From: the human T2T-CHM13v2.0 reference genome, Homo sapiens | DNA length: 64,000 nucleotides | Strand: one strand, 5' to 3' | Assembly: GCF_009914755.1 (NCBI RefSeq) | Contig: NC_060925.1 | Shown here: positions 14,251 to 29,614 of the stretch, in pieces | How positions within the stretch are numbered: the stretch's first letter is position 1 | Layout of the letters: each line of letters begins with the position of its first letter | Notes under the pieces: generated by a model | Seen by the model: the letters and a program-made list of their open reading frames with translations, nothing else | What the model was told of the DNA's origin: nothing | Database searches by the model: none | Made by a program: the position numbers and the translations under genes

Positions 14251-17200
14251 GAGATTTCGGTTTGTGTCCAGCAAAGTGAGAAACCTGAACTGGGGAAATA
14301 CCCTGCAGCCCCACTTCCAAGCTGTTGCCAAGGCCATCCCTCTTGCACACATGCAGACTTTGCTCATCCCTCTTGGCTGACAAACTAGGCTTGTGTTGTA
14401 TTTTACCTTAGTATAGTTAGAGGAAGAAAAAATTAGGATTAGTTCTTCAGATTGGAAATAAGGAATTCCATAGGTAGGAGATACTCTTTGCAATGGGGTG
14501 TGGCATGCCCACTTTCTTCACTAGACAGTGTATTGCAGCTTTGCTTTCTTCTTCCTGTTGGAAATATATTTTCAGTCACCATCCCTGTTTTCCCCCAATT
14601 TAAGCGAAACAGGCAAGAGCCATCCCTCATCGTTCTCTGAGATTGCTTCTTTTGGAAACTGCACACATTATAATTCTTAGAGGTAGCTTTTTTAAAAAAG
14701 AAGAATCTAAGACCATGAAACTGGAATTTTTGTCCATTTAATTTCTTAAATGGAATCCTGAAATTTTGTGTCTAGGGAAATGGTCTATAAAAAAGGCATC
14801 TTCTATATCTAGATGATCTGTGTATGGGTGGAGCTCTGGCAATAGTTACTACAAAGGTCGACATTCAGATCTTCTGAAATTATTACAGCAGTTTATTCTT
14901 TCATTTAGTATAGTGATCAAATACCTGCTATCTGCCTGGTGCTATTCTAGGCTCCAGATAAGGACCCCTGCTTCAGGGAGCTAACATTGTTGTATGCATG
15001 CAGAGGGGAAAAGGAAAGGGAGTGAACCTGAAAATAAACAAATATAATATGTTTTAAAAAAAGATACATTGAATCATGTTTAAGTATGAACAAATTAAAA
15101 TGAAGAGAGGTGATGGACAAAGGCTAGGAAAAAGAGGCTGGCTTTAGACACCTAAAATCTACAGATTTCAGAAGATTTTTTGGTTGTGACCAGACAGCTA
15201 AACAGTCTGTGAGTACTTTGGCAAGAACATAAATGGCGTAAGAACTGCTGTGTCCATATTTTTGAAAGCTGACTCTAAGTCAGGAGAAATAACTATCTTC
15301 TGTGAACCCGGGAGAAGAGACGTATCCTTGACATTAGCTGAGGTCAGTATGGCCAGTCAATTCTTTTCTCTGCCAAAAAAAAAAAAAAAAAAAAAGCCCA
15401 GAAAGTAAGGAAAACAAGAGGGCAGGAGCCTCATAGATGAGGAAAATCATATCTTTAAAACACAGTTTCTTGTTGATAAATAATCCTCTTACTGCACTGG
15501 CAACAGGACTCTCTCCTGCCACTCCCCCTTTGTCTTACATTCTTAATCAGTTGATTACATACCACTAAAAATACACATAATGCCACTTCCTCCTTTCCTG
15601 ATCACAGCCACAAACCTCCATTTTCCTTTTTTGTTGTTGTTTGGGCTTTTGGTTCTGAACTTTGTGTTTTTAACTACATTTAGACTCTGGGAAATGGAGG
15701 TTTCTGAGGTTACCTTTGAAACATCTTTGAGTGACAGGCTCCCTTTGGCCACACAGAATATCAAGAGTGGAATAAAAAGTGTGGATTCAGTTCAAACTCC
15801 GGTAGCTTTTTTCAACTCAGAAATGGAATCTGGCTTTGACTAGCCCCAGGGAATGTAAACAGAACCTTACCTGTAATTAACCTAGGGCTTCTCTTGTTCT
15901 CAATGCAAATGGAGTTATAATTGTATTTCTCTTAGTAGAATAGAAAGGCTGTGTTTCAGAGGGGAGCTGGCAGTTGAATAGAGGACAAGTTATCTGTCTA
16001 ACTGTGACAGCTCTCTCCTATCTCCTTCTAGAAAAGCTGAATGATGATAAAACTGTAGTTGCATTTGATGTAAGACATATGGTAATTACTATAATAATAT
16101 TATCACCCGGGTTCTGCAGTGGCTTTGTCAGTGAGGTGCAATTTCACATATTGTCTGCGATAAAATCCCCGTTTTTGGTTATTGATAGCAATGCCTTTCT
16201 CAAATGCTATAGGTATTTTGTGACAGCTGCGAAGTTCCTGCTTCATATCCAGGTAATTGGGTTGAGAATAAGGCCTGCATGCTAAAACCTGCCGATGTGA
16301 GAAGTAGTGAAAGCCCAGGGAGTACTGTGAATATTTTGGTAGTTATTAACTGACTAAATGGGAAGCCTTTGCTAGTCAGTGCTTCTGAAGCAATCCTAGA
16401 GAAAAAGAAAGAAAAGAAAAGAAATAAAGGCAATCTCCTTTAGAAAGCCTCTGTTGGGTCTTCAATGACGATGTGCAAATTTTGAGCTAATCAATTATAT
16501 TATGAATCTATAGATAATATTTAAAAGCTATATACAGATTCACAAATTAATTGCTTTCATGTCATTCTGCTATTGATTGTTTCATAAGTCAAATTTTACT
16601 TGGCTTAATTACTGGTTTAATAGAAGTTATTTCAGCATAATAAGTATGTGACCATGTAATAAACATTTTTATTTATTTGTCACAGAAGGAATTGGTTCTA
16701 TAGTATATTAGCCTGAGCTTAGCTGTATATATTTAATTTCATGGCTGTTTCCAGGGAACTGAATTTTGAAGACACTAACAGCATGTTAAAATGGACTACT
16801 ATAAATCCTTTTTTGGAAATACGTGGGAAATAAATAATAAATAACGACAGTGTGTCAAAGTGATTTTATTGCTTAGATTAATAAAAGGAAAGTAATACAA
16901 TGTCTGGATAGGGGAAAAAATCAGATTATGGGGTTTTTTCCTTGTTAATGTTATCCCTTGTGCAGAATTCATTTTTTAAAAATCCCACCAAAGACCCATA
17001 AAACAGTGAGCTCTATTCTGGAGTTATTATTTAGGCACCGATAATCAGTAGTGGCAACATTCAGTGAGTATGTCAGAGCATACTCTTGTTGAATCAAATA
17101 AATATGTATATGTAAAGGTGCAGATTACAAGTTAATTCTACTATGAAGTGCTAAATAACTAGAAATAATGTGATTAATTTGGGGATAAAATTGGTGTTGT

Positions 17201-18563
17201 ATTGGTTGGTTGTTATGATTTAAATTCCTTGGTTAATTCCTTTTTTTCCTCATAAAGGGGAAATTGCCCAGTTTTTTAATAATTGAACTGCAAAGTTAGC
17301 ACAAAAACTGAAGACCTTTGGCCCTAGCATTTATAGAAAAACACTTGGGATTTCTATAAAAAACCTATAGCAATGTGGTAATTTAAATCATTTTGATGCA
17401 ATTCAATTCAAGGGTTGCAATTATTAAATGCCTGCAAAGTCCAGACACTTTCTAGCCCTTGGGATACAGCGATGAACAAAATTAAGTTCTACTTCCATGA
17501 GCTTACGCTGATTAGGCATGGCTTCTGTGCCAGATTATGGGTATAATATAACATCTCAGGAATACTTGCTAATGACACACCAGATGAAGCTGAGATTCTG
17601 AGTGGCCATTTGTTACTAAGAGAAAGAACCAAGAATTAGCTCCTGTTTGACTCCCCAAGCACTCTGAACCCTAGTGTAGTGGAAAGATTATCTTCTGCAG
17701 AAGTAAAAATATTCTGGATTTCCCAAAAGAAGTTTGCTAACATAACAGGCAATAGATACCTCTAGTTGGGTGGCATATTTTGCACACGTTTGTTAACTCA
17801 CCGTATTATTTCCTTCTCCAAATTGTTCTTTGACTATTTTCCAAGGGTCTTAGCATTTTTACATTCATTTGAAGCTCATTATACAATTAAGGTATTATGC
17901 CTTTTTCATGTGTACTATAACTAGTGTTCCCACCTATGATTTTCTTTATTTTGTTGGTATATACCTTTTTAAAGCAAATGTCTGATTCATTGTCTTTAAT
18001 TTGGAGCAACAGACTTATCTTCAGATGGAAGTAAAAACTCAACTTGTAGCTTATTTTGTTGTTCATAGTCTAAAATGTAGTAAGAAAAAGGTGCACCCCA
18101 AGAATAATGGCCAGTGTGAATGAGCCCTTCTTCTTGGAGAAAAGATCATGGGCCAGTTTCACAGAAGGACATTCTTTCTTTGAGATTTTATACACATGTG
18201 CTATTGAAATTTGAAGGAGAAGAAATATTTTCTATGGCGTAGTTCCCTTTGTAGGGTCAACCCTTAATTTACAGAACATTATTATAAGATAATACGATAG
18301 TGTTTGTGAGGTTGTCCAAAGGGAATAAATTTTATAATCACTTATCTTTTGAAATTGCATTAATTGTTGAACTACTGATAATGAAATTTTGATACTAAAG
18401 ATTTTTTCTAAGGCAGAGGTTATGTGGTCATGTGGTGGAAGGAGCATTGGACTTTGGACTTTGTACCAGAGGATGTGGGTTTTCACTTAAAAATGAGGAT
18501 ATGAACCTGATGATACTAAAACTGAAAAGACAATTCAAGTCAGGAGACTGGAAGAGAAGCAGG

Positions 18564-18565
<2 letters not shown>

Positions 18566-18620
<55 letters not shown>
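18566..18620. repeat. (GT)25 microsatellite
   Basis: Uninterrupted GT run 18566-18615. Confidence 0.98.
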
Positions 18621-18621
<1 letters not shown>

Positions 18622-21339
18622 TAGAAAGGGGAGCTATAAGAGACATATTTTGGATACATTCCTCAGAGATGCCGTGTTGAGATGTTTTGTAGATAACTGA
18701 ATATCATCTACCTCTCAAGAGAGTGGTATGGGTGATAGAATATAGGTCTGTTAACAACATAGCAGCACTAATGGAAGCCAAAGAGAAAAACAAATGACTT
18801 GGGGAGAAGGTGTGAAATGCAAGCCCTAAACTGACCCTGCAAGTGGTTTTTATTATTTTCCTTGTTTCTTTTGGTTTTTGATGTTTGAACATACATCTTT
18901 TCTCAAAGATAAAAGTTTTGCAAAATCACACAGTAAAAATAATAGGACTTATGGGGAAAATTGGGATGTGACAGATCACTCAAAACTCATAGATGTGTAA
19001 GCATAACACTAACAAAAATAACAATAACCTTATTAAATTATCAGCACCCTTAAAAAGCATGTTAACTTCATGATGAAGTTTTTAGAAGGAAAATATTTGA
19101 TAGCTTACTGGAAGATGGTGTAAGGAAGGGTTGAGGCGTCTGAGTTATAGAGGAAAGAGCAGAAGCAAACACTCAAGGCACTTCCAAGTCAGAATACATG
19201 CACACATAAAGGAAGGATGGAAAATGGATGCAGTCAGCTGGCTAGTGCACTGTGTGCTCAGCTGCTGTTACTTGTTGGAGCAAGATGTTAGGACTGTGAG
19301 AAAAACCACTGTGAACCTGTACCTCACACTGATGTTAGCCCCATTGTTACCAGAGGAGCACATGAAAGAAACACTTTTCTTTTCCTCTGACCTGCCTGGC
19401 CAAATAATATTTATAATTCATTACTTTCAGTAAGGACAAGAGAACAGAACTTTCTGTATTCCAATTTGAACGCCTTATGACTAGGGTATCAATATCTATT
19501 TGCCACAAGCTCCACCACACTCTATTGTCTTACATCCCCTCATCTCCTATCCATTTCACACACATATGTTTCCTGTCGGATTTAGTTTGCAGGCCCTTGT
19601 GTAGGGAAGAAAAGAACTTAGAGGAAAAGGTTACATTTAAGGGTAGGCTCTAAGAACTGATCATTAGAAAGGTAGAAAGAGCATCGAGAAGAAAATGTTA
19701 GATTGGAAACAAAAGGAGGAGATAATTTCAGAGTAGAGTTGTGAGTATAAGATCCTGCAGAGAGGTCCATTGAGATTATGGCATCTCTCCAGTAAGACAG
19801 CACTAGTACCTTTGGTAAGAAAAGTTTTTGCATGGTGTGGTGAAGGCAGAGCCAGGCTGCCATGCCAGGGAAAGGGAGCAGCAAAGGGTGAAGAAAGGAA
19901 TGTGCTCCACTCTTTCAAGAAGTTTGATGTGGAAAGAAAAGAGAAAGGAGGACTGGCTGCTTTTATAGGGAGACATGCTGAAAGAGTTTTCTTTGTATGG
20001 CAAGGAACACTTAAACGTATCATTTGTAGATGGAAGAGAAGTAGCTACTGGGGAGGAAAAGGGAAATGATTGAAGATGAGAGAGCAAGAGTAAGAGAAGA
20101 GACTAAATAGAACAACTCTCCAGAGAGCTTATTTCCATTACATAATTCACTCCACAAATGTGGGCTCATCTTTGTTGCATTTCTAGCTCCTTCTGACTGG
20201 AAGTGTGATTTCTAGCAATATATTTATAGAATCTCCTCTGCCCCCCTTCAAACACTTTTCAATAAATGCTCCGTGTGGTTCATTTGTAAAGCTATCTCTA
20301 CTGTAGTAGTTTCTACCAGAAGACATCTACAGATAATGCAATTCACCAAGTCAGCATGAAGGGTTGAATCCCTGGAACAACTAGGAATTTTTGCAGGCTA
20401 TTTCTGCTGTGACACAGCCCTGAAGTGGCTAGCAGATATTCAGCCTGAGTGGACCCCCTTTATTACTGATCTATTGCCTGCCTAATTGTGCATAACATTC
20501 CAAATATTATTAATTTTTAATTATTTACGTTTAATTATCTGCATTACTTAAGCATTCAAATTCCACAGCTAATGTTCTCAATGAAATATTTACTAAACAG
20601 TCAAACCTCTTGGATTCCACAGAATTAAATGTTTTCAATTTGCAGCAAACCTTTCCTCCAGGAGGCATTCTTTGCACTCTAGTGTTCTGGAGGTGGCTGC
20701 AGTCTGGGTGGTTATGGCTTCAGCCTTACCATCCTTTTCATCTCAGGGACACTGTCAACTCTAATGGGATGGATTGCTCTGCTTGGCATTAGCATTAGGA
20801 GGTTGAGTGCCGTTGGGACACTCGTGCCATCTCTCTTCCCACTTCTCTTCTGTTAGGGCCAGAAAATGCATTAACAAGGAGCCAGTTCTGGCGATAGGAA
20901 AGCGAAACAACATTATTGTGGTCAAAAGGCAGATGTGGTCAAAAGGTCAAGAGGCATGATGAAAACTAATAATAGCTCTGACAAGAGAAGATTACTCACA
21001 GCTGATCAGCCAGAAAGCTTTTCCAGAGCAAAATCAGGACCCACTGTCGATGGAAATGCTGTTTCCAGAACAGAGGCCAAGGAAACAGGATTATCCACCC
21101 CAGCATTCCTGACATAAATATTCTCACCTCTATTATCCTTTGTACAGAAGGAGGGGGCCCATGGTCCACAAAATGTGAATTGGTTTCAGTTCATTTTCTA
21201 GGAGTGGAAATGGACAGAATTGTGTTAATGTACCTATGCTCACTAACGGTGTCTCCCTTCTCACCAACTACAAATCACTGAGAGGGTTGATGATGTGATC
21301 TGTACGCATAGTGGTTAAGACTGAGGGATATACATTAGA

Positions 21340-21670
21340 CCTTCATTCATTCCACAACTATTTACTGATCACCTGCCGTGTGCCAGGCACTGTGCTAGGC
21401 ACTTGAGAGACAGAATACAGCAAGACAAACATAGTTGCTTCCTTTATGGAACTTATAGTCCAGCAAATATGAGACTCCCTGGATTTGAGTCACAATGGCT
21501 GCCTCCTAGCTGAATGACTTTGGGGAACTTACTTAACCTCTTCAGACCTCAATTTCCTTATCTTTAAAACCGGAATAATCATAGTACTTTCCTCATAGGG
21601 CAGTATGACTATTGAATTGTTGATATGTGAATGCATGTGAAACTCATAAATCATAAGATTGGCACTTACA
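21340..21670. mobile_element. L2 3' end (minus) followed by MIR (plus)
   Basis: ttcattcattcc...gtgccaggcactgtgctaggc; then gactttggggaacttacttaacctct...ctcatagggc. Confidence 0.75.
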
Positions 21671-23073
21671 GCTTGTTTCACTGGGTTGTAGATTAGGTGT
21701 GCATGTATGGTTTCACTAAAAGCTTGTACTTGAGGCCTAACAAAATTAGCAATTTAATTATGAGTGTTTAATAAACGCTATAATTACTGGACACGACTCT
21801 AAGTAGCAGAAGATATGGCCGGGGCGAGCAGATAGATGTTAGAGAGTACAACTTTCTGAGTTTGGGTAACAAGAAGACACATTAGTCTTATACCTGGCAT
21901 GAAATAAGTGTTCAATAAATGTTTATTGTTGTTACAGTTGTGATTATCATTATTAGGCCCTGAGGGCTTCATATTAAGCTGAAATTCATGTGAGTTTGTG
22001 CCTAGTAAGTAAAACTGACATACTGGAGCACTGGCGTGGTACTTGTACATGTCAAATAGTAACTGTTAGCTGATGCACACATGCAGACCCACACAAGCAC
22101 ATACATGTTAGTGTGCATTTTTATTGCAGGCTATTAAAAGCATTTGTTAACTAGAAGGGACCTTAGAAATGATATAGTATGGCTCCCTCAGGATGATGAA
22201 ACTCGAGACCTGGAGAAAGGGAAGCAACTTGCCAGGCCACACAGTGAGTGGTAAACCAGGGACCAAAATCTGGTTCTTTGCCCCAGCTAGAGAAAGTCTG
22301 CTGGACCCCACCCTGCCTCTCTTCTAACTACTTTACATCATGTGCAATAACAATGACAGTAAGTAATATCCACACCCCGCTGACAGTCTGCAAACGCCTT
22401 TCTCTTTCATGGCAAGCTGAATTAGAAGCTTTGGAGTGTACTGATTTTGCCTTCTCTGTCTCACCACCTTCCTGCCACCTGTCTTTTTGCATTCCTGATG
22501 AAAATAAAACCCAAATGCATAAATCATATGACTGATAGTCATAACTGGTTTCTTTAGATTGCTGTAGCTAAGTTATGCATGTATAGATTCACTGAAAACT
22601 TTTTTTGACACCTCATAAAATTAGTATGTAAATTGGGGGTAAAATTGAATACCCCCAATTTAAATTGCTGGGCACAGCTCTAGTTAGATAATATTTGGAG
22701 ACAAGGCTTGGAGACAAGATGTAGCCAGGGTGACCAGATGTCAGGATTGAGAACTCTGTGAGCTTAGGCAATGGGTTCAATGTTTTGAAATTCCTTGTTC
22801 CCACAAGCCTCATAAATACTACCTTTGTGCCTTCTTAAATACACAGTGTTTTGCTTAGCTGTTTGCATCAGGCATGTAACAGGCGGCAATATTTAGAAAG
22901 TTAGAGGGCAGCACCTTCCAAAATGGACCTGGATTTACCTTTTTATCATGTTTTTCTCCTGCTGAGGAGTTCACATTATCACTTCATCATTGATTGTTTT
23001 TGTGTGAGGTAATCCATAGAGTTTTGCTTGAACCCCACAAATTGAATTAAGAGAACTAGCTGCTGTTCTCCCT

Positions 23074-23519
23074 TGCTACAGTGGGTGGCTCCCCCAAAAA
23101 TATCCCACCTCCTAATCACTAGAACCTATAAATGTAGCCTTTTTCAGAAAAAGGGTCATTGCAGCTATAATAAATTTAAGGCTCTTCAAATGAGATTATC
23201 CTGGATTACCCAAGTAGACCTGAAATCCAATGACAAGTGTCCTTACAAGAGACAGAAGAAGACATGGATACAGAGAAGAGGAGAAGGCCATGGGAAGACG
23301 GAGGCAGAGACTGGAGTGAGGCAATCACAAGCCAGTTATGCCTGGGTCACCTGAAGCTGGAAGAGGAGCCTTCGGAAGGAGCCTTTGGATGGAGCAAGGC
23401 CTGGCCAACAACTTGATTTCTGATTTCTGGCCTCCAGAACTGTGAGAGAATAGATTTCCCTCGTCTTAAGCCACCAGGTATGTGGCAATTTGTTACGACT
23501 GCCTCAGAAAACTAATACA
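23074..23519 (+). mobile_element. MaLR LTR MLT1B/C
   Basis: aaatccaatgacaagtgtcctt, ggcagagactggagtga, ttctggcctccagaactgtgaga, aactaataca end. Confidence 0.85.
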
Positions 23520-24729
23520 CCTGCCAGCTGCAAGGTGGCCCTCCTCTGAATGCGAGGTGTTAGAAGGGACAGTGTCTCTCAGAGTCAATTCTGAAAAACA
23601 CTAGTTGTGTGGGTGAAGAGATAGGCGGGCCTTAAATGGCAGAAGGAGTGAGTGAGATGAAAGTATGGAGAGGCCAGACATGAAATCACTAGGCGGATTA
23701 TTTATGTATTTTTCTGTACGGGTGCATCACTTCTAAAAGTATTGTTTGTTTGCTTGTTTTCACACACTTGCTTCCATTTATTCCCTCTTCTCATGTACAT
23801 GGTGGAAGAACACTCATAATTGGCCTTTTGTCTTCTAACCTGTAACATAAGAACAACTTGAACTTCAGAACCAGCCATTTTGGCATGCAGTATTCCTGAA
23901 ATTGGTTTTAGTTATTTCAATTAGGTATTTAAATTAGCATTTGTTTCTCTTTTACCATTCATTCTCACACATTGGTCACATGAAGTGTTGATGTTCTTTT
24001 AGGTTTGGGAAGTTCACTTGCAGTAGATAAATCAGTCACCTAAAATGTTACTGTCCAAAATCATTGGAGCAGTTGATACCGCCAGTATCCATGACTGACT
24101 GCGTTCCTTCATTTGGTCTATGGAGATATTTATCAAGCCCTGTATGTGCCAGACACTGTGTCTGGAATGAAGTGAACAGTGGGGCACAGAACAGATATGG
24201 TTTGGACCTTCTGGAGCTCTAAGCACAGCAGCACATCTTCTAGATCTTGGCTGACTCTGGAGTTGGTGTTGCCCAAGATCTCTTCAGGATCTAACTGAGT
24301 TGGTTTTGTCTTAGACTCTTCTCTCTCCCAGGCTGAATTAGATAAACCAGACTCCAAAAGGCAGCTGGATGAGGTCATCTATGGGTTTCTGGGGATGACG
24401 TGTTTGGCAGAAGTCCCCTCTCCTGTCATTCTCCACCTCCACAGACATTTAGAACAGCTCTATCCAGCTGCATATCTAGACAGAACTTGACTCGACATCC
24501 ACAGTATCTGATTTATACTGAATTTGCCACAGATACATAGAATCTGAAGTTTCCCTTCTAAAGGGGTATTTTGAGCCATAACAAATTCCATGAAAAACAA
24601 CTCTATGTCCTCCCTAAGTGATAACAATATTAAGAGTGGAAATTGTCACTCACAAAGAGCTTGACTAACAAATTCCCATTCTTTCTTACAGGGAACTTTT
24701 GTCTCCTCTCCTTCCTCTAGCCACAGTTA

Positions 24730-24960
24730 ATGTTTGCTGAGATGTAAATTCACCCTCCACTGCTCTAAATATATTAGAGGTATCAATTCATTTGTTCTTC
24801 ATACAACCAGAGATAGGTGCTATTATTCCCATTTTACAAGTGAAGAAACTGAGGTAAAGTTACTTGCCCAACTTTCAAGGACATTATGTATGAGTTGGGA
24901 CTCAAATTCAGATAGTTTGGCTCTAGGGTCCACAGTCTTTACCATTATGCTAGACTGCCA
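24730..24960 (-). mobile_element. MIR
   Basis: tattattcccattttacaagtgaagaaactgagg...acttgccca core. Confidence 0.75.
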
Positions 24961-27900
24961 TCACAGAATCAGATCAACATGCATTGTTAATCTATCTGTG
25001 ACTGATGATTGTTTAGCCAATCAGTAACCAAACTGCAAAGAACCAGAGTTCTTCGACTACAGGTACTAATCTCTCTACTCTGAGCCATGTAAAAAAATAA
25101 TTGTAGAAGAGAGGGAAATTAAAAATTAAAGTGTGGGTGTATTGCATTGAAGCTGCACATTTACGTGAGTTAAGAGTCCCTGATCACAGAGCACCCTCTC
25201 CAAACAAGCCTCCCATCTCCTGAAGGATGAGACCCCACTGACTGACTTCGACCACAGAACATGCAACCTTTGAAACATTTCCAGAAACAATACAGTCCTT
25301 CATAACAGTGTAGGAATGAAGCTATCTAATTCCCTGTATCAGCCATCAGAGGTACAAGTGACATGAAAGTTTAACTGGAATCTTTTTTTTTCCTTATGTC
25401 TCAATGCATACTTTGCACTTTTAATTCAGTATTGTGTCAAGTTCATACATCTAATTCATGGAAACTACTTATAAAATATGAAGACACATTAGCAACTAAG
25501 ATTTGGTTAATACACATTTCAAATGTTGTTGGATTTCTTTGGAGTACAACAATACCTAAATGTTGCATTATTTAACCAATGTTGGGGTGTGGGTTTGTGC
25601 ACATAGGGTTCCCAGCAGGTAATTTATCTAGTGATCATGTCCTGATGAACACAAGGGCCCTATTACAGGCAAATCAAAAGAGGTAGGACTATGTCCCAAG
25701 TGTTGCTTCTCTTACCCCAAGGTTGCCCAATGCAATAGTTTTCATTCTGGTACATGCAAACATGTTTCCTCTAAGGTGCAATGCCAGAAACCTAGAGGAA
25801 AATGTGTCTTGGTTTTATCTGAGAAAACTGGCAACAATTCCTTTGGAATTGATTCCTTTTCTTTTTATTATTTTAAAGAGAGAATAGATGGTTATTATAC
25901 CACTTACGCAGCTAACAGTTTGTAGGTCAAGATGACCTAGAGCCAAGAATGTGATATTCATTATGATACAGCATGAAAAAGAGAAAGTTCTGTTTGTAAA
26001 GGATTTTTTTATGAAGTCACAGGCCCAAGGGAGATGAGTACAGAAAGCTATTTAGGGTACCAAGAATAAATTGGATGGCCCCCTCTCTATTCCCTTTTTT
26101 AATCCCCCTAATTATTTATTCTGCAACTTCTCCCCCAACAAGTATGTAAGCCACATTAGGGCCGGGATTTTTGTTTAATGTGGCATCCCCAGTGCTGGTA
26201 TGTACTCTGTATTAAAAATATATTAATGAATGAGTGAATGAATGAATGAATTTCATCTGAAGAATGAGCCTTCCAGACGAATTCCTTGTTAAAATAAGCC
26301 AGCACATTGTCTATAAAGCAGCTTCCTTGATTAAGGGGCAAGGTCTCAGTTTAACGTGAGATAAGAGTTTCTGATTTCAGCATCCAGCCAAATGATACTG
26401 TTCTTTGGAATGCACTCTCTTCTTCCCTCCACTAGTTTTTCTTCCCTAGCATTTGTTTTGGATCTGTAGTTACAGCATTTTCTGCTCAGAATTCAACTGA
26501 GGGAAAAAAAAATGTGTTTTGAGTAATACTCACTAAGGTGAAAATCTGACCATATTTTGAGAAATAAGGGGTTTGGAGGCTCAGGACAGACCATCCCACT
26601 GCTGTCTTAGGGACATTGGGCTGCTGGAGCCTGGCCCAAAGAAGGTCTTCTGGGAAATCAGGACTGAGTCTGGGCAATGCTAGAGTCAGTGGGTAAAATG
26701 GCTTTGGAGTGTGGCACACATAGTAACGCTCTGTGGAACCCTCCATATTGACCTGAGCCTGGCCTGATCTATGAGTCATCTAAACCTAACAAAAGGCATC
26801 TAGAGGACTTGGGGTTAAGGCCGAGTTATTCTTCAAGTACACAATTATGGTTGCCAGTAAAATGAATTTCATGCTTGAGGTGATATTTGTGGGAGAAAAA
26901 AAAAAGGAAGATTAAAAAGGCTGTGTCAAAATAGTGTTTTGATTAGACCAGAAGCATCATTCTAGAAAATGCAAAATAGTAGGAACGCAATAAAACAAAC
27001 AAACAGACAAAACCCAAACAAACAAAAAATGCTTTGGGCATGCCTTTCAGGAATGAACGATGAACCAAAGTCATAAATCATCCCCCTCTATTCCCTATTT
27101 TTCAGGTGTTATGTTTCTCTATTTTGTAGACTTTCATGTTCTACATTGTGAAAAAATAACTAATGCACAATCCCATATATTTAAGCTTGTATGATTACTA
27201 ATATTTGTCATCTTTTTAATTTGTAGAGGATATTTAATTTACTCTTTTCTGGAATATATGATAATCCTGTGCTTTACTTTCTCATGAAGGAGAGAGAGTA
27301 AAACAATAAGCACCTTGGTTTAAAAAGAACTAATTAGCAAGTTTCCCTCCGGTTCTCCAGGCTTATGGCAAATAACTTTCTTCCTGACAACTGAATGTTA
27401 CATCCCAACCTCCATTAGTCTTAATAGAAGTCATGCATTCTCTCCCACTTGCTGTGATATAAGAATAATTTTTCTTCTGAGTAGAATAATGGTTGTGAAG
27501 TCATTTAGGTAGTCACAGAAAAAAATAGCCTTTTATTGTTGTTGTTGGGTTTTCTTTGATTCCGGGAATGAGGCTAAGAGAAACCTTGTTCCATTTTACC
27601 GTAAATACTATTAATCCAGAGATGAGTCCTTAGCATACAGAAATGATTGATTTGCATTTAAATGAGTGAATATTCAGAGTTTCTAGACTCAGATAAAACA
27701 TCAAAATTATCCAGTGACCTTGGCTAAATTTTAGAGTTAACTACTTAGGTGGCCTAAACAAAAGCTTGTATTTTCAGCACACCTACCATATGAAAAAAAA
27801 GACTAAAAGCTACCTTCCACCATCCTGATGTAAATTAGACACCGAAAGTATACACTTTACCTCCACTATTATTGATTTATTCATTTCTGACCTCGTTCCC

Positions 27901-29082
27901 AAGACAGCTCACTCATTTCCTCCACCAGGTCCAGGACCAATATCTTACTTTAAGTAAAAAGTTTTCACTCAGAAAAGTCTGGTTGACTATTGTATTTGAC
28001 AAAGTAGAAAATAGAGTTATGGTGCTGTTTTAAAAGAACTGGGGAGGTCTGATTCCCAATCTGCATAATAAGGCTGTCTTTAGCACTGTGCATTAGCAGC
28101 AAGTAATTACCTCCAACTAGAATGAAATGAGGGTCAAGAATGGTTCCAAGTAATCCAGTGGAAGTGTTACTTGCTTTATTGAACATGCTAATACAAAGCT
28201 GTATTTGGAAGAGTCAAAGAAGAAAAAATGCCCCAAACCCAAATTGCCTTATGAGCTTTTTCACAAGAGCAGTCCAGAGTGGTCTGTACATGATAAATTT
28301 AAGAGTTGCGGTTGTTTAGTTTTACCACTTTAAATTAATTCACCTAAGAATTTAAATGATTTTGGGCTTCTGCTTTTGTGTCTAAATTTAATGATGCATT
28401 CTGTGAATATAAGGATAAACACACACAGATTTTTATACATGTAACTGACCTATTTTCAAATAGGTGTGCCTATTCCTGAATAAATAGATTGATGTCCTAC
28501 CAGATTACAAATTAAGTAGATACGATTTATATGGTTTTAGTATGTGAAAGTATTAGCTGATTCTAATTTCTTCTTGTGAAATACTAAGCGAATGAAACAT
28601 ACTTATTAAAACTCAAACAAACTGTTATTGACTTATAGTCATCCATAGTTCTAATCTGGGTGGGTGACAATTCAAAGTCATAACAATAATTTTTTTATTA
28701 GCAGCAAATTAGCTTTGAGAACAAAAATGCAATCAGCTCCAGAATTCATACATTTTTTTCTTTCATTAGACATTAACCAACCAAAGTTTAGGGTGAATAT
28801 GTTTTATACATCTAGGTCAATGATAATACAAAGAATGCTAGCCTAATAGCAATATCTTGAGCTTTTTACCCCACTAACATACAGCAGAAAGCACGTAGAA
28901 AATAAGCTCTTTCAACGAAATAAGTAATTAGAAATGACGGACTGTTCAGATTTAAATTTGATGATAATTATTTAAAAATGACAGAAGTATTGGAAGTTTA
29001 TCATTCAAACCACCTTAAAAGTTTTTCCTAGTATACACTACAACAACAACAAAAGGAACATTACAAAAACTAAGACTTTGAG

Positions 29083-29394
29083 AGGCCAGACATGGTGGTT
29101 CACACCTGTAATCCCAGCACTTTGGGAGACTGAGCGGGGGAGGATTGCTTGAGCTCAGAAGTTTGAGACCAGCCTTGGCAACATAGAGAGACCCCATCTC
29201 TAATAAAAAATTTTACATTAGCTAGGTGTGGTGGCATGTGCCCATTGACCCAGCTACTCAGGATGCTGAGGACACTGAGTGGGGAGGATTGCTTGAGCCC
29301 AGGAGTTCAAGGCTGCAGTGAGCTATGATCACGCCGCTGTATTCTAGCCTCGGTGACAGAGCTTGACCTTGTCTCATAAAAGGAAAAATAATAA
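29083..29394 (+). mobile_element. AluJ (Jr/Jo)
   Basis: Dimer, ggaggattgcttgagc in both arms; degenerate TSD taagactttgag / taagacgttggg. Confidence 0.9.
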
Positions 29395-29614
29395 TAAGAC
29401 GTTGGGAAACTTTTAAAGCAGAAGAGAAAATGTGGGCATATGTATAACTTCCCCTCAAATACCTCTATCCTATGCTGACACACTCATATTCCTAAGAAAG
29501 ATAGCCGGAGAGGATTGCCAGACAAATGCAAACTTTTTTTATCCTGCAGAAGTTTCCTGTCCTGCATTCTTGCCTTCTTATCATCCTCAGATGAGAGGAG
29601 CTTAATACATCAGA

